Positions 50,234 through 64,000 of a DNA stretch of 64,000 bases are shown here, piece by piece. The DNA lies in contig MU058687.1 of assembly GCA_013265495.1 (NCBI GenBank), positions 5,268,093 to 5,332,092 of the forward strand, given 5' to 3'. The number at the start of each line of letters is the position of its first letter. Position 1 is the stretch's first letter. The DNA is from Vicugna vicugna. Its lineage: Eukaryota. The notes beneath the pieces are model-generated. The model saw nothing but the letters and a program-made list of their open reading frames with translations, was not told the DNA's origin and searched no databases. The position numbers were made by a program, and so were the translations under genes.

Positions 50234-53200
50234 TAAAAGAATGAGACCAACAAAATATTCCGTGTCTGTTTCAAAAGGTTGCCATGAGGGTCTAAATAAG
50301 GTGATGAATGAGAAGACACTTTAAAAAATTGAAAAATTATACTTCATGCAAGCCATTATCATTGCCACTGCAGCGGGCACTGAGACACACGAGTCTCCAA
50401 ATGGTCAAGGGACAATTAATGGTCAGAACACAAGCATATGTATATTTGTGTCGGAACTGGACTCATGATTGACTTGCGAGCACTTTCCCTGGGGTCACAG
50501 CCAAAAACAATGTCCTGCACTTCCTATGAATTCTGGCCAAGTTTTTTTTTTTTTAAATCCAATTTTCAGGAGCAAAGATCAGAAGAAAAATAGGAAACTG
50601 TCCACAGCCCCTGTACACAGGATCTCTCCTCATCATTTTCATTCCCACACTGGGATTTTGCTCTGTTCAGGACACAGATCTATTTGCTTAGAAGTCCTAG
50701 GATGGTGAGTCCTGCGAATTCCCTTTAGAACATGGCTGATCTCATTACCTGGAAGCTCTGTGAGGAAGTAACAGATTAAACAAGGTTTTCTGTGTATTTT
50801 GCTGGATATTTTTGGATTTCTTATGAAGGCGTTCACTTACTTCAGCCGTGTCCGTCATCTCCAGGGTCTTAGGTCACAAATATATGGCATTGACATAGAT
50901 GAGGGAAGAAAGAGGAACCCTTTCCATTTTCAAAGCCCTTCCCTTTAGAAGGAATCCACCAGGACAAGGGAATACAGAGAACGTTAAACAGACAGCTGTT
51001 CAAATTTTTCATGGAAGCTTTGGCGGCTGTTTCCTGAGACACTGCTGTTCTCTTTTATGTACATAATATTGAGTATTGGAAGGCCTTGGGTTTCCTTATT
51101 AAGTCAGGCGTTTGTCAAATTTAGCTCCCAGGAGACGAGAATAAACTTATTTTCTTTCTTTTTCCTCAACCAAATTCCATAGTTTCTCCCCTCCCATACT
51201 CCGCTGTTTGCCTGAGGAAGTGAGTTTTCGCCCACACTCCCCACTGCCCAAAGAAGTCACTATGTTTTTCATATTAACTGACACCCACTGCTGTAAGAGA
51301 GACAGAAAGCAGGAATATGGAGAGAACTGTCAGGCACGCCAAAAGCCGTGATGAAGACAGTCAAAAATATGACCAGGTTGGTACTGTGCAAACAGTGGGT
51401 CACCACGGCTCTCAAGACGGGTAACATTAGAATCCCCAAAGCGTATTTGATGACTGCAAAAATCTATCCTTGAGTTCAGGATTCTTGGTCCAAGTGCAAC
51501 ATTCCCCTTCAAAGTCTTCCTATTTTTAGAATGCACCTCATCCTGGTGGCCTGAAAGAGTCCACCTTGTTTCTTATCCAGAGCAGGAGGAGCAGACTTTA
51601 CTCTCAAAGTCGATGTGGACTCTAAGTGCTGGAAGGTGCCAGCCTCTGACTTAGGATTTTAGTCTCCTCCCACCACGTACACACACCCCACTAGTGGAGA
51701 GAGAGAACCACTGAGCCACTTTCCTTGGAAACTCACTTTGTGTTTGTGAAAATAAGGGAAACAAATAAATCTTTTCTACACAGCTCCTTTTTTTTTCCAC
51801 GGATGGATCCCCTCTGATGCAGATCAAAGACACGTGAGCTGTGAACGGACATCCCCTGCAGAGCACAGCCCCCGCCCCCTCCCAGCATGGCACCCTCAAG
51901 TGAACTCTTTGGATTTCCAATTTGGAGTTGTTGGTTTTTATTTTATTTTTTTTCAACCTTAATTCCCACTGAGAAAGAGCAAACGCTCAGGAAATATGTC
52001 CCCGTGTCATCCTCCCTTGACTTTAATGTCCGTTCCCAAATCAGGGACACAAAATGCAAAGCTCAAGCCCAACCAGAGCTCAAGATAAAGGCCAGTCCAC
52101 CCAGCTGCCTCCTGGCAGGGAGGATAGCTCTGAGCCAACTGACTGGCCTGAGGGAGGAGGCGTCCACGTTAGTCAGATTGAAAAGTTTAGCCCGCAGAAG
52201 GAGGCAAAACCAAATGACCAAGTTATCCACCCGGAAAGTGGGATTCTGAGTGTCAAAATCACGTACATAAACTGCAGCAGCCTGGAAACAACAGCCAAAA
52301 TAAAAAAACAGCAAGCGACTGATGAATATCAACTTTTTGTTGTGACTTTTAGAATATTTCGTTTTTGGTTTTGTTTTGTTTTTTGCTTTTATGGCTTTCA
52401 AGAACCAGCTCTCTCAAAGGGTTGATTTATCACTCTCCCAAGTAGAAAACTCATAACCCTAAATTAGTGGGAAAGAAAGCAGTCTTACAGTTTCTGAGAA
52501 GAAAAGAGTGCCAGATCCCAGTGTGTGAGAAGCTCCTGGGACGGTCTGGCCGTTGTGGTCCTGTTCCCTCTGCAGGTGGCGGGAGGAGTCCTTTTGCCTC
52601 CACTTTGCTTGTTTCCGGGAACACAAAGTGGTTCCCCAGAGTGGAGGTGGGCACCATCCTTCCACAAAGTCTTGAGAGATGATACACCTTGCATAGACAA
52701 CCTCCCAGGGGGCTGCTGGCCTGAAAGTTTCCCCTGGGGGATTTGGTCACACACATCCAAACGACTAGTACTTGGAAAAAATCACTGGATATGCTTTTTT
52801 CTTTTTCTCAGGTGCAGGGATTGAGGCTCACTAGGGAACCTCGCCCAGGCTCACCCAGCTCTGGTGCTGGTGTCTCAGGGGTCACCTATGAATGTCGTGA
52901 ACATGAACACAGGACAGGACCTGGGATCTAGGGCACTCATAGGAAGCCTGCCCAGTTGCTGCTTTAACCATGCCCCAGCCGTGCACTAGAGGAAGCGGGA
53001 AAGAGTAAGACGTTATTATTACGGGAGTTCTGCCAATACTTAATTAGATTACTCTATTAACATGCAAATTTCCCTCTCCCATTTGAGCCCAGATACCGAT
53101 ATGGGGACATTGAAGATAGTCTCTGCAGAAGATAGTGGATTTTTTTTTTAATTACGAAGAAACGTGTTGGCCAACAAGGGGAGATCCATGTGCCACCATG

Positions 53201-53800
53201 AGAGAACAGCTCCCTTGTCACAGCTCGGGCAGGCGGCAGCTGCTAGCGCTGGGCTTATGTAAGGCGCTGCTTTGGCCCTTGGGCCCCGGTGCCCAGTTTC
53301 CAGCCAGGATCCGAGGGGTCAGCGTGCCAGGTGAATGAAATCCTGCCTTTGTTTGACTGCCCCAGAGTCTCTTGCTCTGGGACGTTCCGTGCAACAGAAA
53401 CCCAGACACACTTATTATACAGAAACCCGGGAGGGGAAGAGGAAGGAGGCTTCTAGGTGCCAAAGGCAGTGGCAAAAACTGAATAGGCAAGAACTTTCTC
53501 CCGGCCAAGTCAGCAGAGTGTCCCAAAGTCTCAGAGATTCCACACTCTATGAGGATGGGAGAGAGCACTCTATAAAAAAGCAATTCAACTACTGTAACAT
53601 GCCACACACATCAGAAATAGCACTGGTTTTAAACACGGAGTTATATGCAGAGAACTCATTAAATGTTTTAAAAACATTTTCATACAGCTTTTTAATTATA
53701 TGTGTTAACTAGATTGAAAGTTTTTGGGTCCCTACTAAACAGACACAGACTACGTTAACACAATAAATAAATTAATAAAGAGACATGATTAAACTTTCAG

Positions 53801-53810
53801 GTGACGTCAC
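53801..53810. promoter_or_regulatory. Perfect CRE palindrome GTGACGTCAC
   Basis: Motif match only; function untested. Confidence 0.3.
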
Positions 53811-56800
53811 ATAAATGATATACTTATTTTTATTACAGAAGTGGTAGAGAAATAGAAAATAAGGAAATATTACTTACAATATCACTAATCTAGCCCAATC
53901 GCCGTTGTATACGAAACAACATAAGAAGGTTTGATTGAGGTCTTAACCTCACATTTCAGTTAAGTCCATTCTCAGTCTGGACTCTTTCAGAAGGCAGTGA
54001 CAGAAAAGAGGTGCTTTGCTGCGTATTTATAAACTCTCCCACAGATACAAATAGGACAGAAGGCACAGTGGAATTTTAAATCTAGTAAAATATCAGTATT
54101 TACTGAAACCCGACTGTGTGACTGCCACGGCATTATTACTATTATTAATATCATTATTGTTGCACAGCAAATAATCTGTGGCTCCTACCTTCAAATATAA
54201 AGCAAGCAACATAATAAATTCATCCATGCAAGACTTCCCTGTTTTTGTTGTTTTTTGATATGTGGTGGAATGCCTGAAGATGAACACTCATCAAAGTTAG
54301 AGTTTCACAGGATGTGGCAGAGTTTTAACATGAGATGTAAAAGAACAATTCGCCTCAGAAGTCAGGCAGGCGGTCAATGCTACTTACCAAATATCCGCCC
54401 CCTGCACAGCTGGGCCGGCAAGTAAGCTGGTTAACAAGCAGTTTCTGACCATCTACTCAGTATGCAATGGACCAAGTGCTGTGAGAAATAAAAGAGAAGG
54501 ACATTGAAAGTCCACGCTCTTGAATGGTTTCCTTCTAAGCACAAAATCCACACAGAGGGATTGACTTGGGGGCACTTACAAAGAAACATGGGGTATCAGC
54601 ATAGTTCAAACCGATTTCAGAAAATACGTATAGACTACGTCCCAGAAGAGCCATCAAGTCTGGGCAGGGTTTGTCCCTCGTCTCTCAGAGAGAAAGGAGA
54701 GGTGCAGAGGCTTGCCTGTGTCAGTGGGAAGGTCAGATGTTTGACTCCACACTTGATGTCTGTAATTCAGAGGTTTTATATATTTTTTTAATGGTGCGTT
54801 AAAATTTTAATCCGAGAGCACTATTCCCTGACATGCTGTCCGAGACTAGGCTCTGTATAAACACCTGGAGAGAACTCCTGAGTGGCTTGGCACTGCCGGG
54901 AAGGGATGGTAACGCCTCTAAAACAGTTCCAGAGCGACTCCGTAGGAGGCCCGTTGAGCCACGATTCGGTGGCACAGGAAAAGAATGACGGGGCTTGAAA
55001 GGGCTAGAAAGTCCTTTTCTTTCCCTTCTGGGACAGCTACAGTTTTAAATTAAATTACAAAATTGGCAGTACTTTCAATTTTAATTTAATCCTTCAGATT
55101 TATATGAATTGGTACTGTGGGCTCTGGAGGAGGCAGTCTGTGACCCGCCCCAGCTCTATGAGATGGAATACTCTCCGGTAAGCAATACGGGGAGCATCCC
55201 AGAGGCAGGAGCCTGTGGTACCTCAGGTCTTCCTCGAATGGTCTGCAGACAAGCTTCCCCTTCCCTTGCAAAACAAGAGAGTATAAGAGAGCCATTCCCA
55301 GACAGCTAAGAGGGGAGACCACCAACCACAGAGGGGCCACGGAAACACACTACTCCACGAAAACTGTGCAGCCTGGGGTTAGTAAGCCAACACCTAACCC
55401 CAGGTGTCACAGATAATGGAAGTTTTCAATCAAACTTCTGAGACCTTACAAAAGATATTTTCAGCAGGTTTTTCTTTTGTTTGTTTTCCACGAAATGTAC
55501 ACTAAAATAATAGACTTCCATGAGTGCATCCATGGTATGGACATCACCCCAGTGATAACTCCATTGCTTTCTCTCTCATTCAAAGGACTATTCCAGAAAA
55601 TGAGTGATTTTATTATATGAATATCCTTGAATATGCTCTAATTTAATATATTAATTAAGATTAGTTTTCAGAGACATAAATGAAACATTACACATAGGTT
55701 ATTTATGATTATAGTATATAAAGTATGATGCAGTTGTTAAATTATTCTACAATTACATAGAAAAACAAAATATTTTTATATAATAAATTCAGTTATGTAA
55801 ACACAAACTTGGGAAAACATTTTAAGGAATTTATTTATATTTATTAACATGTCAAGAATATTAAGAACATTATCTTCATCACTTCTGAAAGGTATAATGT
55901 TTTTAAACACTAAAGGCCAGTAACTGTTGAAGTCAAAGGAAACAAGAAAAACACTAAAAGATGATGTGCACTTTCTGCTCCTTAAACCCCTAAAATATCA
56001 CATGTACCATTGTTTCCATCTTTACTTGTCTGATTCCAAAACGATGACCTCTCTTCACTAAACAGGATGGTATGGGTAAACTGTAAGTTCTGTTTCTTCT
56101 TCTCTGATAAGAATTGCGTTTCTCCTCTTTGTACCTGCTCCCACATTCTGTCTTAGACTTCTCTCATTTGTACTTTTTTAAAAGGGAATCACTTACAATT
56201 CTTGGTACTTTATCCATTTGCAATTACAGTTGCTAATAGCTCATAAGTAAGAGCAGTGCACTGAGAACCACTGTTCCGGAGGACGGGGCTCCTCAGTCCC
56301 GAACTGAAGGGGCAGAGAGCCAAGGAGAAAGGGCAGTGTCGAGGAGCAATGCAAAAGAGAGCTTAGGTTAGCCTGCTTCAGGAGCTAGGAAGACACAGAT
56401 GAGCCCAGCGTCCTGAAAGGGCAGCAGGAACCATGTGGTCATATCACAGGCTTTTCTTTTAGGGAATGAATGCAATGCCTGGCATGTGTATGCACCCAGA
56501 GACAGAGACCAATGTAAGGCAAGAGGGTAGTAACCAGTCTTTCGGCAGAAAGTTGTGTACATGGACTAGAACATAAATTAGTGTTACCTAGTTACTTCCA
56601 AACTAATATCTAGAGATATGAACCCAACAGAAGAAGACTAAAGATACAGAGATAGTCAGCATGGAACAAAGGTAGCTGGATTGGTATTGAAAACCTGACC
56701 TTAGTGAAGAAGGATCTGTGATTAAAGGAAAATCACAACCCTATTATTCTAATTATAATTAGTCATGTAAGAGTGTGTATTAAATGCTATTTTTTTTAAA

Positions 56801-57384
56801 TCCAGGATAAGTGTTCCCCAACTCATCTAAAGTAAATCTTATTTCCAAAGTCCTAATATTTAAGGATTGTAAAAACAGAAACTCTTGAAATCAGGTGAGC
56901 CTAGCTAAGCAATGATTATGATTTTGTGCTCAAACAAGATCTACATTGATTCTTCATAATGGTGTATGTATTTATTTTTTTATTCATTCACTCCATAGAT
57001 ATTTTGTGGCACTTCTCATGATCAAGGCATTGTTCTAGACGCTAGGGATGAAACCACGAACAAGGCAGGTGCAGTGTGCCCTTATCTGAGACCCAAATAG
57101 GAACATTCCTCTGTAGGGTTATGCCACACCTAGGTGCATTTGATTCATCTTGCAGCCTTCTTCAGTCTCCTTGAGTTGCAATGGTCTTGTAGAAACGTAT
57201 TCCCATGTGTTAAATCAGATTTCCAACACAGATTTCAAGCTAGGGTGCAGTTAGTTTTTTTTCTTATGGTTTGAGAAGAGAGCTACATTGGAAATGTGAA
57301 CAAAGACTCTCTTCCCTCCTTAAACAAGGAGTTACTCAACATTCAAGAAATAATTAGGCTGATTAGTTCCTACTGCTCTGGATG

Positions 57385-57386
<2 letters not shown>

Positions 57387-57430
<44 letters not shown>
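57387..57430. repeat. (GT)22 microsatellite
   Basis: Read directly from the sequence. Confidence 0.97.
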
Positions 57431-57436
<6 letters not shown>

Positions 57437-59139
57437 GAGACACCTTAGAGTGAAAGCTAGGAAGCCAGAAGAAAAGAAGGACTGCTTATCAGACATCCCC
57501 AAACCAACCTCCTGAATGTCCTTGTTTTGTTTTTAATTTGTTGAGTTTTAAACTCAAATCAGCAAAGGCAAACACGCTAGCAAGAAAGGTCAAAAAGAAA
57601 AAAATTTTGGCTGATAAAAAGATACCAGATTTTTATAATAAAATAGTTTTCCACTTATTAACCCATCCACAAATTTCCTTAAATGAAATATTCCCATGGT
57701 TGCATGATAGCCCAGAGTCTGCTCTAAATCGTGGAAAAATGACCTTTCAAGGAATAAACCTTAGTGACACATAGTTTGGGCAGTATTCTCCTCAACACAC
57801 AGTTGGGATGGAAATTGTCTTCAAGTGTTTTGTTTTCTCTGGCAGCTGTATTTCTTTGTCTTTTTTCTAAGCCTCAAACTTACAGCAACATAAAAGACAA
57901 CTGCATGTTTGCAATTTTTATTTGTGTAATGTATGTATGTGCAGTGTGGCTCTGGAATGCTATAAGAGCAAATCTCTAGAAACAAAAGTGCTATGTACCG
58001 AAATACATATTTTAGAGTTGATACTGAGCCATAAGAAGTAATTTCACTGACATTATAAAAAACAGACACGTTATAAAAAAAAACAGATTTTATGACACAC
58101 GTATAACCTAAAACCAAATAAACAAATGAAAAATGGAATGCTTTTTCCTGGTATCATCTCAATAAATAATCAATCATCAACAATTCGAGTTACTCTAATC
58201 TTTATCCTATTCATCATACATGTCAACAAATCTATTAAAGTGTCCTTAGCCCGAAATCCAACCCCCTTCCTGCAAGTGTAGATTATTTTCTCTCCCTGTT
58301 ACCAAACTAGGGTCAGGAAACTCACGATTGGCTTATCCTCACATTCTCATACCACACCCCTGACAGCAGGAAAGAATTCTGTGATTGATTAGAGATGTGC
58401 AAACTATAACTCCTTGAAAGCATTCTCAGCATAGCCCTCTAGGCAGCCATGATCAACCCACTGGAGTGGCCACAGAGACAAAATCCTTTTGCCATCAAAC
58501 AAACAACAAACCAAACTGAGATGATGAGTTTAATGAATAAAGTTAGCAAATGCTTCTGTCAGGAATATCCAGGTAATTATAAAGCTCAATTAGTTATTTG
58601 CTGAACATTTAAAATATCCATAACACTTTGTTAGGAAAGGCAAGGAATTTTTTTTTTTGAAAAGCGTATGTAATAGTGTTAAGTCAAGACTATTAAAACC
58701 TAGATGAGGAGGTAAGATTAATTTGCAAACATAGAAAGTGTGTTATCCCTTGCATAAGTGCTGAGAAGTGCTAAAGAAATTTCAAACAGACCGAAATCAG
58801 TTAGGTCTGAAGTTATGAGTAAAATTTTCATGGATGAAACTTGACATGGACTTTAAGCTGAATAAGTTTTAACTAGAAAAAGAGGAATTAGAAGGGCATT
58901 CCAAGCTAGGGAGAAAAAACATCTAACAAAAAGCAAGGATGTAGGACTAGGTATGGAATACTAGATTCATTAGGAAGGAAGAAACATGGCAGAAAATCAA
59001 ACAGTAAGTGGGAAATAAGACAAAATGGGTCTAAAAATGCACCAGAAAGACAGACAGGCAGACTTAGAATTGACACAGGAAGCAGGGAGCCGCTGAGAAT
59101 GTTTTCCATTTCAAATCAACTCAGTAAGTTTTTATAGGT

Positions 59140-59330
59140 AAGCCGTGGTGTAGGAATTGGAATCCTGGCTCTCCCACTTACTAGCTCAAACATTAACCTC
59201 TGTGCCTGAATCCCTTTATCTGTAAAACAGGGATTGTATTATCCCCACAGGGTGGAGGTGAGGAATAAATGAGTTAACATTTGTAAACTTCATAGTACTG
59301 TGCTGGACAAATTGTAGGCACGACATGGAT
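59140..59330 (+). mobile_element. MIR SINE
   Basis: aatcctggctctcccacttactagct...ttaacctctgtgcctgaatccctttatctgtaaaacaggg...gtgaggaataaatgag. Confidence 0.8.
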
Positions 59331-59738
59331 GTTTTAAGTGGAAAGTATGACATGGTCTACAGAAACAAGAATGGTTCTGGGATGAATGTATCAGAGCCTC
59401 GCCTGTGGTCCCTCATCTTCTCTCTGATCTTTTTCCTACTCAAGCAGTGTCAAGGAAGTGTCTTCTGGCTGAGAGTATTTGACTCCTGGGTGTGAAGACA
59501 TTAATCGGGCTCCCATAGGCAATGTGGAGTGCTGAGAAATGGAACACACCCATGGTTTCACAGGACACTTTAGGTCATGTTCCTGGAGATGAAGGGGAGG
59601 CTTAAGCAAACTAACAACTAAAATGACCTTAGATTTCACTGAATGTGGAAATGAATTCTCACATAATCTCTCAATTTCACATTGTCTGTAGGATACCACC
59701 ATGCCAACCACAGAGGCCCAAGAGGTCAAAATCTCCCT

Positions 59739-60438
59739 GCTTTTGGTTGTTTTTTTTTTTTTTAACATTTTTTATTGATTTATAATCATTTTACAATGTT
59801 GTGTCAAATTCCAGTGTAGAGCACAATTTTTCAGTCATATATGGACATATATATATTCATTGTCACATTTTTTTCTCTGTGAGCTACCATAAGACCTTGT
59901 GTGTATTTCCCTGTGCTATACAGTATAATCTTGGTTATCTATTCCACAATTTTGAAATCCCACCTATCCCTTCCCACTCTCTGCCCCCTTGGCAACCACA
60001 AGTCTGTATTCTATGTCTATGAGTCTCTTTCCATTTTGTATTTATACTTTGTTTTTGTTGTTTTTGTTTTTTGTTTTTTTTTTAATGGAGGTTCCTCAAA
60101 AGACTAGGAATAGACTTACCGTATGACCCAGGAATCCCGCTCCTGGGCTTGTATCCAGAAGGAACACTACTTCAGGATGACACCTGCACCCCAATGTTCA
60201 TAGCAGCACTATTTACAATAGCCAAGACATAGAGACAGCCTAAATGTCCATCAACGAACGGATGACTGGATAAAGAAGCTGTGGTATATTTATACAATGG
60301 AATACTACTCAGTCATAAAAACCGACAACATAAAGCCATTTGCAGCAACATGGATGCACCCGAAGAATGTCATTCTAAGTGAAGTAAGCCAGAAAGAGAA
60401 AGAAAAATACCATGTGAGATCACTCATATGTGGAATCT
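59739..60438 (-). mobile_element. Young L1 with 5' inversion (twin priming): 3' UTR and poly(A) on - strand (to 60083), inverted ORF2 C-terminus on + strand (60084-60438)
   Basis: The two pieces are adjacent in L1 coordinates (...ggaatct | aaaaa...). Flanking direct repeat aatctccct at 59730-59738 and 60434-60442. Confidence 0.9.
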
Positions 60439-60999
60439 CCCTATGTTTATATGGAATCTTACAGTTTAGAAAGAATATTTGCATAAATTGGCCCCCAGGA
60501 TAATCCCTGAATCGCTTTGAGGTGAGTGAGAGGGATTCTCTCTTCCTATTTTACAGAGGAAAAACCCTGAAATTCAAATCACAGGCAAGGGGTCAGGCCT
60601 ACCATCTCCTACTCCAAAGCTCTTACACTCAGCCGTGCACCCCTTTAAACCTAGTCCTTCCCAATGTCGTAAATATATATCACTTCCAAAGAAACTACCT
60701 TGGGGACAGCACTCCCTATCTGGGGGGTGTCTTCCTGTCTTGTCAACAAGCTAAATGAAACAGCTTGACTTTGCAACAAGTATTTCCATTTTGGCAAATT
60801 CCAGCTGGAATCTGTTTCAGAACTCTTCATCAGACATCTGGATCAAATAGACCTGACGGCCATAGCGAGTGGGTGAACTCTGTGACTAGCCATCCTAAAA
60901 CTAGTCTGGGTCCAGTGGGGACCCACTTCAGGAAGCCGAAGATAGGCAAGTGCAGCAGCAAAAGTGTGGGCTTTGCCTTCAGATAGACGTGAGCTTGAA

Positions 61000-61210
61000 T
61001 GCAGTCTGCAGCTCTAACATTTATCTCCGTCCTAGCTGTGGGACCTTGGGAAGTTACTTCACCTCTCAGAGCCTTCGTTTTCAAACAACACCTATCTTAT
61101 GGGGTTACAGGGAGGAACAAGTGAGACAAATACATACATACATGTAATGTAATATGTATACTTCCAGACACATGGTGTGTGCTACATAATTGGCAACATC
61201 TATTTTTATT
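61000..61210 (+). mobile_element. MIR SINE
   Basis: ctagctgtgggaccttgggaagttacttcacctctcagagcct. Confidence 0.75.
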
Positions 61211-62478
61211 ACTCTAATGCTTATTGTTTACACAAGCAAAACGAAAGCTGGTAGACTGCCATCTGAGAAAGTCCACTTCAACCTCTCCTCTTAGGGCTCA
61301 GTCACTGGGTACCTGGGGTGAGAGTGATGTGGTGGTCAGAACTCAAGTTCCCTCTATCCTCTCTACTGCACTGGAAAGTATCATGGGACCAGAACTGCCG
61401 GGTCTGATGCTCCTCTGCCACTTGTTCTGAGATCTTGGGGAAACTCCCCATACCCTTACAAACTTTAAACAGCAAACAAACAAAAATGGTAAGAGTGGGA
61501 CGTGGAGGAGAGGTGCAGGGGTGTGGACAATGCATAAAACACCTGTCCTGTCTACCTCACAGGGGTCCACGGAGGATGAAATGTGATAGTGTATGTGAAA
61601 CTGGCATACTAACTTCAAGGGGGCATGTAAATGCCAGGAATTATTACAGGGAATTTTGAATATGTCATCTGCTGGCTCTTCGTAGCACACATTTTTACAA
61701 GGTTGTATTTTCTCTTTAAAATGAGAAGCAAACATTTGATCAAGTAAAACCTCACCAACACCTTTGCCAGTAACTCCCTTCCTAGCACATGCTTGATTTT
61801 TCCCCCCATCAGCACTCACCTACCATTTGTGGAGCGGTCAGCTGACCTGCCTAAGGAACTGCCTCTTTGCTCAACTGTCAAACTGACCTAAAGGAAACCC
61901 TTCCACTACTCTCTGTTTTACTGACCATTCAAGAAACACTGCAAACAGTATCAAGGTGATCCCATCTCCATATTCACTTCAAGCTGTAAAAGTCTGGGGT
62001 AAAATACTAAGAAGTGAATGAAGAACTCCATATCCACCTAGAACCTTGACAACTTACTGAATCATGGAGGATCTGATGCAGGGAAAACAGGCTCACCCTG
62101 CTCAGATTTGGTAAGATCAATTAGACTTGGAAAGGCAGTTTAAAATTTTACCAAAAAAGAAATGGCTCTTTCTGGCAGTGAAATCAATTTGAGAATCCCA
62201 AGCTCAACAGAGATTTATTGAGCAACTAATATGCACAAAGCACTATGAATACTACAAAGACATCATTCCTGATTTTAAGAAGGCTGCAGCCAAATATGGT
62301 AAATAAAAATCTACGTCATAGAAGAGATTTTGAGTACATATTATCTAGTAACTAGTATCTCATTTAATCTCCCCAACAGCCCTAAGCAATAGTTATCATG
62401 ACCTTCATCTCAGAGATAAAGAACTGCATTTCAGAGGAATTAAATAGCTTTCCCAAAATTACCCAGCAATAAATAGGC

Positions 62479-62990
62479 TGAACCCAACTGCCCATCAACA
62501 GATGATTGGCTTAAGAAGATGTGAAATGTGTATACAATGGAATATTACTCAGCCATAAAAATAATGAAATATTGCCATTTGCAGCAACATGAATGGACGT
62601 AGAGAATAATGTAATTAGTGAAGTACATCAGAGAAAGACAAGTACCATATGATATAACTTATATGTGGAATCTAACAAATAATACAAATGAACTTATATA
62701 CAAAACAGAAACAGAATCACAGACACAGAACACAAACTTATGGTTACCAAAGGGGAGAGGGAGGAAGAGGGGAACAAATTAGGAGTATGGGATTAACAGA
62801 TATAAACTACTATACATAAAAGAGATAAGCAAGAAGAATTCATTGTATAATACAAGGAATTATGTTCAATATTTTGTAATAACTTATAATGGGATATAAT
62901 CTGAAAAAATATATATATCTAAATCATTTTGCTGTACACCTAAGATTAACACAGTATTGTAAATCAACTATATTTCAGTTAAAAAATAGG
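62479..62990 (+). mobile_element. Older 5'-truncated L1 inserted in a minus-strand MIR
   Basis: tgcccatcaacagatgattggcttaagaagatgtg...gtaaatcaactatatttcagttaaaaaa. Direct repeat aaataggc at 62471-62478 and 62991-62998. MIR halves at about 62350-62470 and 62999-63050. Confidence 0.88.
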
Positions 62991-64000
62991 AAATAGGCCA
63001 AGCTCAGATTTGAACCCAAGTCTTTTTTACTTCAATGCTCATGGAATTTCTATGACTCTTTACTCTCTCTCTAGATGCCTGCATTACACAATTTTATTAA
63101 AGCCTGAACAATTAGGAGTCATTGAAAATTATTGAGCAGGAAAGTAAAAGAATAGATTTGGGTTTTGAAAGATCAATTAGCCATTAATTAATAAAACGGA
63201 TTAGACACAGGGGAGACGTAATAAGGGAGATGGCTAAAAATCAATTTTAATTGTCTGGCTAAAGGAAAGGAAGGTCTGATCTAGATCAGTGACAACAGGA
63301 TGGAAAGAAGGGGCCAGAAACAAGAGACACTGCAAAATGTAATTTATTAGATGTGGTAGCTATGGAGAAAAACCAAACTAAAATGAGGTAGGTTGCTGCT
63401 GACTGAAGTACCTCTATGACAGATGCCTTAGAAGGGTACACTGACCTTGTATTTGACCTGCCAATGAGGTGAGCTCCTTTTTGACTGCAACATTCCATGA
63501 ATTTAAGTAGGGCCTCAATATGGCCTACTGTACTGGGAAACTGTTGAGATGGACACCAGAGCCACTTTACAGCTGGCCTGAATTCATGGCCCACCTCTTC
63601 AAAAAGTTAGTCATATAATAGCACTTGGCCCCATCTGTCCACTGATTCCAACTAAGGATATGTAGCAAACGGCTGTCTTGTCTACTTGGTCAGGTGACCA
63701 GGGGTTCTGGGCCACTATTAGCTGAAGTTCAGACCCTAAACACATAAGAAAACTTCCAAGCATTTTAAAATATGTTAACTATTACATTCTTTTCAAATAC
63801 AATAAAGGGGTAGGAGAAACAAGAAGAGGAGCTGAATTCAAAAAGATGCTGTTTTCCAAGAAAATATGCAGTTGGAAAGCTTTATAGACAGTCATTTTAG
63901 GTGATACTTATCTCTTTTTTAAATTAATGGGACTTGCTAGTTCCAAGAATCTGTCTGGTCACCTAGGATTTATCCCACATGTTGTTAGCAAGCAGCAGTC

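Noticed and set aside
51651..53712. Cluster of 100-130-aa ORFs on both strands
   Set aside because: Mutually overlapping, no known motifs; explained by locally higher GC content.
61343..61819. Longest non-L1 ORF (158 aa, minus strand)
   Set aside because: Non-ATG start, no recognisable domain, and partly overlaps MIR-like sequence near 61540-61620.

Overview
Placental-mammal genomic DNA that is AT-rich, CpG-depleted and dominated by transposable elements. It is most likely intergenic or deep intronic. I found no recognisable host protein-coding exon, RNA gene or CRISPR array; the only protein-like ORFs are LINE-1 ORF1/ORF2 remnants. The repeats are L1s of several ages, L2, CR1/L3, MIR, MLT1/ERVL LTRs and hAT/Tigger DNA transposons. 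I recognised no Alu, B1/B2, Bov-tA/BovB, PRE1 or Can-SINE; with the L1 3' UTR types this suggests a cetartiodactyl, possibly a camelid (inference). The most notable structure is a TSD-flanked 3.5-kb young L1 derivative on the minus strand (6971-10445). It has a full 5' UTR and an ORF1 broken by a single extra G, but lacks almost all of ORF2 (half-L1/HAL1-like). It sits inside an older L1 that is also internally deleted and carries a 457-bp perfect tandem duplication, and that element sits inside an ancient L1MC-type 3' end. Other notable items are a twin-primed (5'-inverted) L1, a possible short 3' transduction and a few CpG-retaining candidate regulatory regions. Subfamily names come from memory of consensus sequences and need RepeatMasker/Dfam confirmation.
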